In this document: piece after piece, positions 48,213 to 56,413 of the stretch
Layout of the letters: every line of letters starts with the position of its first letter
Numbering within the stretch: the stretch's first letter is position 1
Origin: Bacteroidales bacterium
GTDB taxonomy: Bacteria > Bacteroidota > Bacteroidia > Bacteroidales > UBA7960
Assembly (NCBI GenBank): GCA_007134525.1
Contig: SLKR01000042.1
Coordinates: 3,672 to 67,671, forward strand
Direction: 5' to 3'
Length of the DNA stretch: 64,000 bases
Translations under genes and position numbers: made by a program
Notes under the pieces: generated by a model
What the model saw: only the letters and a program-made list of their open reading frames with translations
Told to the model about the DNA's origin: nothing
Databases searched by the model: none

Positions 48213-49634
48213 TCACGCATTATCCTCAATACTATGTGCAGCCTCTTTTAACAACCTCCATGCCAGTTCGACATGCATTTTAGATGTTGCCCTCTGCCCA
48301 ACAGACATCCGTATGCAGTATTTGCCTCCCAGTACAGTATGGGTCATAAAGACACGACCGGATGAGTTGACCCTTTCCAGTATCTTACGGTTAATACTGC
48401 TCAATTCCTTTTCAGTGTATGTTCCATCGGGTATGTACCTGAAGCAGACAAGACTCAACCTCACAGGGGCGAGCAGCTCAAAATTATTCTCCTTGCCTAT
48501 CCACCTTCCGAACTCTGCGGCCAGATCAATATGCCTTCTGACCATTTCCCTTATGCCCTCAACTCCATATGAACGCAGTACAAACCACAGCTTAAGGGCG
48601 CGGAACCGCCGCCCCAGCTGAATCCCCCAGTCACGATAATTCTTTACGGCATCATCGGCCGCTGTTTTCAGGTATTCAGGCTGTATGCCGAGTGTTTTAA
48701 CCAGTATGTCAGGGTCACGGACAAAATATGCCGAACAGTCAAAATTGGTAAGCATCCACTTATGGGGATTGAAGACAAAGGAGTCGCACTTTTCAGTTCC
48801 CTTCATAAAGCCGCGGTTATCCTGATCTACAGCAGCAGTACCGGCAAATGCCGCATCCACATGCAGCCATATACCGTAACGGCTGCATATATCTGCTATT
48901 TCATCAACCGGATCCATTGCCATTGAAGAGGTTGTACCCAGGGTGGCAACAACACAGGCAGGTTTCAGGCCCGAAGCAATATCATTTTTAATGGCCTGCT
49001 CAAGTGAATCAGGGCACATTGAAAAGTCTCCGCGGGTATCCACCCTCCTGAGATTGTCGCTTCCGTAACCAGCTATCTTTACATCCTTTTCAATACTGGA
49101 ATGGGTTTCCGTACTGGCATAAACTACAAGGGGCTCACGCACACCCTCTCTGTTTGACAAAAACCCGGTTGCTGACTCCCTGGCCGACAGCAGTGCACAA
49201 AGTGAAGCTGTTGAAGCCGTATCCTGTATCACACCCGTAAATGAATCAGGAAGGCCAGTCATCTGCCTCAGCCACTCCATTACTCTCTGTTCAAGTTCTG
49301 TTGCAGATGGAGAGGTCTGCCAGCTCATGCACTGGACTCCAAGGCCTGCGGTAAGCAGTTCGGCCAAAATTGAGGCCGGACTGTTATTGGCGGGGAAATA
49401 TGCGAACCATCCGGGGTGCTGCCAGTGGGTGATTCCCGGCATGATGATGTTCCTGAAATCCATAAAGATCTTATCCATCCCTTCTCCCTTTAAAGGGGGA
49501 GCAGAAGGTATGCGTGACATAATATCTCCAGGGCGGGTTTCGGGCGTTACCGGATATGACCCGGTATTCTCAAGATAATCAGCGAGCCAGTCAATGAACT
49601 CATGACCATGGCGGCGAAAAGATTCTTTGTCCAT
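48213..49634 (-). CDS. Group II PLP-dependent decarboxylase (aromatic-L-amino-acid / tyrosine decarboxylase-like)
   Basis: PLP-lysine motif FNPHKW. HWQHPGWFAYFP N-terminal motif as in DDC/TyDC. 473 aa. Confidence 0.8.
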   Translation of the reverse strand: MDKESFRRHGHEFIDWLADYLENTGSYPVTPETRPGDIMSRIPSAPPLKGEGMDKIFMDFRNIIMPGITHWQHPGWFAYFPANNSPASILAELLTAGLGVQCMSWQTSPSATELEQRVMEWLRQMTGLPDSFTGVIQDTASTASLCALLSARESATGFLSNREGVREPLVVYASTETHSSIEKDVKIAGYGSDNLRRVDTRGDFSMCPDSLEQAIKNDIASGLKPACVVATLGTTSSMAMDPVDEIADICSRYGIWLHVDAAFAGTAAVDQDNRGFMKGTEKCDSFVFNPHKWMLTNFDCSAYFVRDPDILVKTLGIQPEYLKTAADDAVKNYRDWGIQLGRRFRALKLWFVLRSYGVEGIREMVRRHIDLAAEFGRWIGKENNFELLAPVRLSLVCFRYIPDGTYTEKELSSINRKILERVNSSGRVFMTHTVLGGKYCIRMSVGQRATSKMHVELAWRLLKEAAHSIEDNA

Positions 49635-49686
49635 AAAGTAAAGCTTTATTGGTTGTAAGCTCTAACCAATCCGCCCTATTACTGCC

Positions 49687-50067
49687 TTAAAACGGCAGGT
49701 CATCATCCTGATCCATCGGCGGCAAATCATCATCCTGTGGAGGCGGAGTGTTTAAAAAATGGTCGGGTGTCTGACCCCGCGAAACATCTTCCCCTGATCC
49801 CTTTTCAGCCTTCCATGCCTTTACATCAGTATACCAGCGGCCATTGAACTCACGGCTTTCAACATTCACCGAAAAATTAACTTCTTCTCCTTCACTGATC
49901 CCGAACTGATCTATCTTATCCCCCCATACTGTTACACATACCTTACGGGGGTACTGACCACCAGTTTCAATAATATAATCCTGCTTGCGCCAGGGACCAT
50001 TGCGGCCCTCTCCGCTCTGTTCGGGTAAAACTGAAATCACCCTTCCACTTATTTCCATATCGGCCAT
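49687..50067 (-). CDS. DUF3127 family OB-fold-like protein with SSB-type acidic C-terminal tip
   Basis: MEISGRVISVLPEQSGEG...WRKQDYIIET... matches DUF3127. The C-terminus is PPQDDDLPPMDQDDDLPF. The start may be the second ATG at 50058. Confidence 0.7.
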   Translation of the reverse strand: MADMEISGRVISVLPEQSGEGRNGPWRKQDYIIETGGQYPRKVCVTVWGDKIDQFGISEGEEVNFSVNVESREFNGRWYTDVKAWKAEKGSGEDVSRGQTPDHFLNTPPPQDDDLPPMDQDDDLPF

Positions 50068-50093
50068 ATCTTAAAAGAATTTAGGGAAAATGA

Positions 50094-50101
50094 CAAAATT
50101 A
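50094..50101 (-). promoter_or_regulatory. -7 box (TAatTTTG on the minus strand) for the DUF3127 gene
   Basis: Exact TAnnTTTG match 26 nt upstream of the start at 50067. Confidence 0.3.
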
Positions 50102-50124
50102 ATTCATTTCACCGAGTATGCAAA

Positions 50125-50736
50125 TCATACAGTAAAGCCGCGAACTCCAAACGGTAGTTTGTCATTGCAGGCGATCACCAGTACATTTTCATTGGCCCAC
50201 CTGAATTCCACTGACCCGTTTACATCAAGGCCTGCGGATCTTTCCAGCTCCGATTTTCCCATAAGCTCATTGTCTTTTAAAAACCTCGCTTCAAATTTTG
50301 AGGCATAGTAGGCTTCCATCACCACAAAATTACCGTTTATCATTCGCCATCTGCCCCTTCTGTCGGTTCTCCTAAGCTCATTGAACCTGGGCTGAAGCAA
50401 AAGCTGGCTGGTTTTCAGATATGATCCCTTTATTTCGCTTATATCCAGACTTACACGTAAATCACCTTTTACGGAAGCCTTCAGCGAAAATACCCCGAGT
50501 ATTCTGGCCCCGCCTCCCAGCTTCCTGTCAAGGCTTAAAGTCCCGTATATAATACTTGCATCCGACCTGCCGTACCTCCACGTTTCCTCGGGCTCATCCG
50601 TCAGTATATCCCTGCCGTGACCAAGCAGCCTAAGGCTTTCAGGGTCAAGTATCGCCCCCGGCTCATAACGGGTATTGCTTAATGGAAGGATTCGCAATCC
50701 GGGAACATGTTTCCTGATAAATCTGTAAAAAAGCAT
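50125..50736 (-). CDS. Hypothetical protein, tentatively gasdermin-N-like (pore-forming-domain-like), with no C-terminal inhibitory tail
   Basis: 203 aa with no enzymatic motif. The order of blocks LRILPLSNTRYEPGAIL / Gly-rich SLDRKLGGGARILGVFSLKASV / NGNFVVMEAYYASKFEARF / KLPFGVRGFTV* parallels gasdermin N-domains. It has its own -7 box. Confidence 0.4.
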   Translation of the reverse strand: MLFYRFIRKHVPGLRILPLSNTRYEPGAILDPESLRLLGHGRDILTDEPEETWRYGRSDASIIYGTLSLDRKLGGGARILGVFSLKASVKGDLRVSLDISEIKGSYLKTSQLLLQPRFNELRRTDRRGRWRMINGNFVVMEAYYASKFEARFLKDNELMGKSELERSAGLDVNGSVEFRWANENVLVIACNDKLPFGVRGFTV

Positions 50737-50758
50737 ACTTAATTTTTTTCTTATAATG

Positions 50759-50766
50759 CAAATATA
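50759..50766 (-). promoter_or_regulatory. -7 box (TAtaTTTG on the minus strand) for the gasdermin-like ORF
   Basis: Exact TAnnTTTG match 22 nt upstream of the start at 50736. Confidence 0.35.
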
Positions 50767-50883
50767 TTATTTATTTGACACTAGTGGCATTTATTTTTAT
50801 CTATACTTATATTATATGCAAACAAATATCCTATTAGTTATGTCATATTATGCAAGTATCTGGTCTTTTTGAAAATTGTACCT

Positions 50884-50891
50884 TATTTTTG
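50884..50891 (+). promoter_or_regulatory. -7 box (TAttTTTG) for the aldo/keto reductase - mscS unit
   Basis: Exact TAnnTTTG match 30 nt upstream of the ATG at 50922. This supports 50922 as the true start rather than 50850. Confidence 0.35.
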
Positions 50892-50921
50892 ATAATTATA
50901 CCAGGCTTGAAAAAGAGATAT

Positions 50922-51914
50922 ATGAAAAAGATTTCTCCTGATTATAACAATATGGAGTACAGGCGCACAGGCCGGAGCGGCCTCAGGCTTCCTGCACTTT
51001 CGCTGGGGTTGTGGCACAACTTTGGCGCCACCGACGACTACAATACAGGGCGTGAAGTAATTTTGAAAGCGTTTCAGTCAGGGATTACCCATTTTGATCT
51101 TGCTAATAACTACGGTACTCCCCCCGGCAGTGCCGAGGAGAATTTCGGAAGGATGATAGGTGGTGACCTTGCCTCTTACCGCGACGAACTGATTATTTCC
51201 ACTAAGGCCGGATACAGAATGTGGGATGGCCCTTATGGCGACGGAGGCTCCAGGAAGTACCTGCTTAGCAGCCTGGACCAGAGTTTAAGGCGCATGAAGC
51301 TGGAATATGTCGACATCTTTTACTCACACCGGCCAGATGATGAAACTCCGATGGAGGAAACAATGATGGCCCTTGATCAGGCTGTACGCCAGGGAAAGGC
51401 TTTATATGCCGGTATCTCCAACTATACTGACAAGCAAACCAGAAAAGCCGCCGGGATAATGCAAAATCTCGGAACACCATTAATAGTTAACCAGATACGC
51501 TACTCAATGCTTGACCGCAGAGCAGAGTCAGGGCTGCTGGATACACTTGAAGAGCTGGGTACAGGCTGTATTGCTTTTTCACCGCTTGACCAGGGTTTAC
51601 TCACGGCCAAATATCTTGATGGGATACCAGAAGGGTCAAGAGCCGGCAGACCCGACGGCTTCCTGCAGCCATCCCAGATTAGCAGGGAAAAATTAAATAT
51701 TGTAAGGGAGCTGAATAAAATAGCCGCAAAAAGAGGCCAGAGCCTTGCACGTATGGCTGTCGCATGGCTTTTAAAAGACAGCAGGGTAAGCTCGGTACTT
51801 ATTGGCGCCAGATCTATTTCCCAGCTGGAGGAGAACCTACAAAGTTTCAGCGACCCTGGATTTACTGACAATGAGGTAAAAGAAATAAACCAGATTTTTG
51901 AAACCAAATACTAA
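50922..51914 (+). CDS. Aldo/keto reductase (YghZ / Kv-beta-like subfamily)
   Basis: MEYRRTGRSGLRLPALSLGLWHNFG...THFDLANNYG matches the AKR N-terminal signature. About 330 aa from the ATG at 50922. Confidence 0.85.
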   Translation: MKKISPDYNNMEYRRTGRSGLRLPALSLGLWHNFGATDDYNTGREVILKAFQSGITHFDLANNYGTPPGSAEENFGRMIGGDLASYRDELIISTKAGYRMWDGPYGDGGSRKYLLSSLDQSLRRMKLEYVDIFYSHRPDDETPMEETMMALDQAVRQGKALYAGISNYTDKQTRKAAGIMQNLGTPLIVNQIRYSMLDRRAESGLLDTLEELGTGCIAFSPLDQGLLTAKYLDGIPEGSRAGRPDGFLQPSQISREKLNIVRELNKIAAKRGQSLARMAVAWLLKDSRVSSVLIGARSISQLEENLQSFSDPGFTDNEVKEINQIFETKY

Positions 51915-52837
51915 TGAAGAACATAAAAAGGTTCATACTGCCAGTACTGATATTGGTACTGGCTACCTTAATGAAATCAGCAAGTGAAATCCGGCCAGCA
52001 TTTATTGCTGAAGAGTTGTTCGGGCTGATGGGTATACTGGGTTCAATACTACTAATAGCAGGTATATCATGGGTTCTGATAGCAATAATCAGAACTATAA
52101 AGAAAAAGCTGGTCGAAGGTTTTGACATGAACGTCAGCGACAACCTAAGGATGAGGAAGCTGCACACACAGTACAACATACTGGAAAAAGTAATAGTGTT
52201 CATTCTGATAATTATTGCCCTTGGGGTAACCCTTATGCAGTTTGACGGAGTAAGGAGTATAGGGATCAGCATTTTCGCATCAGCAGGGATAGCGGGGCTT
52301 ATAATCGGGCTTGCCGCACAGAAGGCGCTTGGCACTATCCTGGCGGGACTGCAGATAGCAATAACCCAGCCCATCCGGCTCGATGATGTCGTAATAGTTG
52401 AGAATGAATGGGGCTGGATTGAAGAAATAAATCTTACTTATGTAGTTATACGCATCTGGGATAAAAGGAGGCTGGTGGTGCCTTCTACATACTTTCTCGA
52501 AAGGGCCTTCCAGAACTGGACACGTACTTCTGCTGAAATACTGGGCACGGTGTTCATATATACAGATTACACTCTTCCCGTTGGTGCCTTAAGGGATGAA
52601 CTCAGCCGTATCCTCAGGGAGAGCAGCAAATGGGATGGGAATGTCAATGTGCTCCAGGTAACAGATGCAAGGGAAAACACATTGGAAATAAGGGCTCTTA
52701 TGAGTGCAGCCAACTCGCCGGAGGCATGGGACCTCAGGGTTTATGTTAGGGAAAAACTGATAGAGTATATTCAACGGGAGTACCCGCATTGCCTGCCTAA
52801 AACCAGGCTGGTTATGGACAAAAAACCAAATCAATAA
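51914..52837 (+). CDS. Mechanosensitive ion channel, MscS family
   Basis: Three TM helices followed by an MscS beta-domain (QPIRLDDVVIVENEWGWIEEINLTYVVIRIWDKRRLVVP). The TAATG start overlaps the AKR stop. Confidence 0.85.
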   Translation: MKNIKRFILPVLILVLATLMKSASEIRPAFIAEELFGLMGILGSILLIAGISWVLIAIIRTIKKKLVEGFDMNVSDNLRMRKLHTQYNILEKVIVFILIIIALGVTLMQFDGVRSIGISIFASAGIAGLIIGLAAQKALGTILAGLQIAITQPIRLDDVVIVENEWGWIEEINLTYVVIRIWDKRRLVVPSTYFLERAFQNWTRTSAEILGTVFIYTDYTLPVGALRDELSRILRESSKWDGNVNVLQVTDARENTLEIRALMSAANSPEAWDLRVYVREKLIEYIQREYPHCLPKTRLVMDKKPNQ

Positions 52838-52847
52838 TATAATTCAT

Positions 52848-54212
52848 ATGTTGGAATCTGTAAATCCGGCCACAGGCAAAACAATAGCCAGATACGAAGA
52901 GCATTCGGCTGATGAGATAAATTCGATAACGGAGAATGCGGTTCATACGCAACAACTCTGGGAGGATGAAAGTATCGCCAGTCGCTCCGAAAAGATGAGA
53001 GTTGCAGCATACCTGCTGCGAAGGGACAAAGAGCGATACGCGGTAATGATAACTTCGGAGATGGGCAAGCCGGTTGTACAGGCACGCCAGGAGGTTGAGA
53101 AATGCGCAATGGTTTGCGAATACTATGCCGACAAAGCCGGAGATTTCCTCTTAAATGAGTATATAGAAACTGAAGCCAAAAGCAGCTACGTGGCATACCG
53201 CCCTCTTGGGGTGATACTTGGGATAATGCCCTGGAATTTTCCGTTCTGGCAGGTATTCAGGTTTGCCGTTCCGTGTATTATGGCTGGCAATACAGTATTG
53301 CTAAAACACGCCTCAAACGTATATGGCTCCGCCCTGGCTATTGAAGGCATATTCAGGGAGGCAGGTTTTCCTGAGAACCTTTTCGGCGTGCTGAAAATAC
53401 CAGGAAAAAAGGCAGGCGACATCATAGGGAACCAGCATATTAAGGGTGTCAGCCTTACGGGCAGTGTTGGTGCAGGAAGGGCGGTTGCATCCAGGGCAGG
53501 ATCAATGCTGAAAAAAACTGTTTTGGAGCTGGGCGGCAGCGACCCCTATATTGTACTAAGGGATGCAAATCTTGAAAATGCTATCGAAAAGTGCGTAAGC
53601 AGCCGCCTTATAAACAACGGGCAGAGTTGCATCTCTGCAAAACGCTTTATTATTGAGGAGAGCATCTACAGTGATTTTGAAGAGGGGTTCACCGAACTTA
53701 TGAAAAGTAAGTTAATGGGCGATCCAATGAGTGATGATACTGATCTTGGGCCACAGGCAAGTACCGGGCTAAGGGACGAACTTCACCAGCAAGTTGCAGT
53801 GTCAGTAAAAAAAGGTGCCAGATGCCTTCTGGGAGGTACCATACCCGGAATAAAAGGTGCCTGGTACCCCGCAACCGTACTCTCAGGGGTAATGCCGGGA
53901 ATGCCGGCATACGATGAAGAGACTTTCGGGCCTGCAGCTGCCCTGATAAGGGTAAGGGATGAGAAAGAGGCAATAGCAGTGGCCAATGACAGTGTATTCG
54001 GGCTTGGCGGTGCAATATTTACCGAAAACCTTGAAAAGGGCCGGAATATTGCCGAAAGGCTTTTGAAGGCGGGCTGCTGCTTTGTAAACGATATGGTAAG
54101 GTCAGATCCACGGCTTCCGTTCGGCGGGATCTCAGACAGTGGTTTCGGCCGGGAACTTTCGCATCACGGCATAAGGGAGTTCACAAATATTAAAACGGTT
54201 TATATAAAGTAA
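52848..54212 (+). CDS. NAD(P)-dependent succinate-semialdehyde dehydrogenase-like aldehyde dehydrogenase
   Basis: ALDH catalytic contexts ELGGSDP (Glu) and NNGQSCISAKRF (Cys). 454 aa. Confidence 0.8.
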   Translation: MLESVNPATGKTIARYEEHSADEINSITENAVHTQQLWEDESIASRSEKMRVAAYLLRRDKERYAVMITSEMGKPVVQARQEVEKCAMVCEYYADKAGDFLLNEYIETEAKSSYVAYRPLGVILGIMPWNFPFWQVFRFAVPCIMAGNTVLLKHASNVYGSALAIEGIFREAGFPENLFGVLKIPGKKAGDIIGNQHIKGVSLTGSVGAGRAVASRAGSMLKKTVLELGGSDPYIVLRDANLENAIEKCVSSRLINNGQSCISAKRFIIEESIYSDFEEGFTELMKSKLMGDPMSDDTDLGPQASTGLRDELHQQVAVSVKKGARCLLGGTIPGIKGAWYPATVLSGVMPGMPAYDEETFGPAAALIRVRDEKEAIAVANDSVFGLGGAIFTENLEKGRNIAERLLKAGCCFVNDMVRSDPRLPFGGISDSGFGRELSHHGIREFTNIKTVYIK

Positions 54213-54215
54213 ACC

Positions 54216-56399
54216 TTACTCCCCGAGCTTTCTCAGAAGGCTTATGGCATCCTTCTGTTCCTTGATTATATATTTGGCTGCAGTCTGGGAAAGCCCCACC
54301 TTAACTGACCATGCATGCTCAGGCATTGTCTGGAACAACAGTTCATCAGACCAGCCTGCACCAATAGCAAGTATAAAGTCATACTCCTTCCTTGAGAGCC
54401 AGTGCATTGCCAGCTCACCCTTGTTTATACCCGAGTTGCTTACCTCTATAACCTTGCTGCCGTGAATTACATGGGCACTTATATTGGTTGTGATCGAAAG
54501 CAAATGGTCATTTACCTCCTTGACAAGTTGTGATGCCTGTTCGATATCAGCACGGTGGTAATGCCACGCAACCGAATAATCCCGCTCCTGTATAAAGGAT
54601 CCAGGAAGCCTGTCGGTATACATCTCCAGTATTGGGATTACCTCATCCTTCCACTCTGAGGAGAGTGGCTTCAGAAGTCTCCACTCCTTGCGGCCGGCTT
54701 CACGTATCCACGACCCGTGCTCTGCCGTTAGGTTTATGGGCAGCTCTCCCAACCACTCATCAAGTTCATCCTTGCCCCTGCCGCTTATTATCACAATATC
54801 GGTCTTTACCTGGGAGTCCAGTGTCTCCAGCAGGCCAAGCAGTGCATCAGGCGGTTCGGCCATTGCGGGGTACTTGGTAAAAGGTACCAGTGTCCCGTCA
54901 TAATTGACGATCACTATGCGGTTTTTCGAGCCCCTGTACTCCGATACCAGTTTTTTATACAGTTCCGGATCAAGGAACTTCTTGCTCAGTGAGTCCCTTG
55001 TCACCCTGGTGTTCTCGACCAGCGCGTTCACAAAATCATTGGCCCACTTGGTAACATCATACCTTTTAAGCCTCTTTTGCATTATCTTATTCCTCCTTAT
55101 CTGGTCCTTAACAGGAATTACAAGGGCCTCAGAAATGGAATCAGCTATCTCGTCAATATTGTTGGGATTGATTATTACCGATTCGCTCAGCTCCTTTGCC
55201 GCACCGGTAAATTCACTCAGAATAAGCACACCCTTCTGGTCCCTGAGCGATGCTATATACTCCTTGGCTACCAGGTTCATTCCGTCTCTAAGCGGGGTAA
55301 GCAGAGCAACATGGCTTTTGCGGTACTGGGCAATGAGCTGTTTGTGCGGCAGGCTTGTATACTGGTAAATAACCGGGGTCCAGTCCATGCTGCCGAAGTT
55401 TCCGTTAATCTGCCCGACAAGCTCATCAAGCCTGCTCTTGATCTTCTTATATGACCCAACCCCTGTCCTCGAAGGAACAACTATCATGTTCAGGTATACT
55501 TTCCCGATCCATTCCGGGTTCTTCTCCAGAAACAGCTCAAACCCCTTGAGCCTGTTAATTATACCTTTTGAATAGTCGAGACGGTCGACCGAGAGCACCA
55601 TTTTCCTTTTTGGGTTTTTAGTGGTAATGTGGGGCGATACATTCATGGTGTTGAACTTATTGAAGTCAATCCCCATAGGGAAGGTTTCAGCTTCAACTGT
55701 ATGATCAGGCATAGATATTCTGCCCATATGATTTTCCTTGCCCAGTATCCTGAGGACACAACGCAGGAAGTGCTGGGTGTAGTCGTGTGTGTGGAAACCC
55801 ACCAGATCGGCTCCAATCAACCCTTCAAGTATTGCTGTACGGCTTTCTTTGTGCAGCATACGGTACATTTCGTAGGAAGGGAATGGTATGTGAAGAAAAA
55901 AACCTATCGGATTTTGCACCTTTTCACGCAGCAGTGCCGGCAAAAGCATAAGATGGTAATCATGTATCCATATAATATCGTCCTCCCTTAGCTCTTTAAG
56001 CACCTCATCCCTGAATATCTCATTCATCCTCTTGTATTCCTCCCAGAATTCAAGGTCAAAACGTGCATAATTCGGAAAATAATGGAAAAGCGGCCAAATG
56101 GTCCTGTTGCAAAAACCCAGGTAGACCTTGTCCATAAGTTTTTTTGACAGAAACACCGGCGAAGCGTTAAACTCTTCCCTGACCCTGTCCCTTAAATGGT
56201 CTTCATCTTCCTTTTCCACGCTGTTTCCCGGCCAGCCCATCCATACATACTCCTTTATTTCAGATTTGTTTTTGCCGAGTCCAGCCAAAAAATCGCTCAT
56301 TCCGGAAACCAGCCCGCCTGCGCTCTTGGTCATGGTAAACTCTCCGTTATCCTTGCTCACCACTACCGGCAAACGATTAGATACTATCAGTAGCCTCAT
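54216..56399 (-). CDS. otsA: Bifunctional trehalose-6-phosphate synthase (GT20) / trehalose-6-phosphate phosphatase fusion
   Basis: N-terminal MRLLIVSNRLPVVV GT20 signature. The C-terminal HAD-IIB module has IVIVNYDGTLVPF. 727 aa. Confidence 0.85.
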   Translation of the reverse strand: MRLLIVSNRLPVVVSKDNGEFTMTKSAGGLVSGMSDFLAGLGKNKSEIKEYVWMGWPGNSVEKEDEDHLRDRVREEFNASPVFLSKKLMDKVYLGFCNRTIWPLFHYFPNYARFDLEFWEEYKRMNEIFRDEVLKELREDDIIWIHDYHLMLLPALLREKVQNPIGFFLHIPFPSYEMYRMLHKESRTAILEGLIGADLVGFHTHDYTQHFLRCVLRILGKENHMGRISMPDHTVEAETFPMGIDFNKFNTMNVSPHITTKNPKRKMVLSVDRLDYSKGIINRLKGFELFLEKNPEWIGKVYLNMIVVPSRTGVGSYKKIKSRLDELVGQINGNFGSMDWTPVIYQYTSLPHKQLIAQYRKSHVALLTPLRDGMNLVAKEYIASLRDQKGVLILSEFTGAAKELSESVIINPNNIDEIADSISEALVIPVKDQIRRNKIMQKRLKRYDVTKWANDFVNALVENTRVTRDSLSKKFLDPELYKKLVSEYRGSKNRIVIVNYDGTLVPFTKYPAMAEPPDALLGLLETLDSQVKTDIVIISGRGKDELDEWLGELPINLTAEHGSWIREAGRKEWRLLKPLSSEWKDEVIPILEMYTDRLPGSFIQERDYSVAWHYHRADIEQASQLVKEVNDHLLSITTNISAHVIHGSKVIEVSNSGINKGELAMHWLSRKEYDFILAIGAGWSDELLFQTMPEHAWSVKVGLSQTAAKYIIKEQKDAISLLRKLGE

Positions 56400-56413
56400 C
56401 TTATATTATTATT

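Noticed and set aside
49648-49670. A 7-bp inverted repeat (ATTGGTT / AACCAAT) between the DUF3127 gene and the decarboxylase gene, considered as a terminator.
   Set aside because: The stem is short and GC-poor, the loop is 9 nt, and there is no following T-tract on the minus strand. That is not enough to call a terminator.
50756-50859. Three copies of a TAT(n)ATGCAA(n)TAT-like word in the divergent spacer between the gasdermin-like ORF and the AKR gene, considered as operator sites.
   Set aside because: The first copy is simply the reverse complement of the TAnnTTTG -7 box. The spacer is very AT-rich, so such short words are expected by chance, and the spacing (60 and 34 nt) is irregular.
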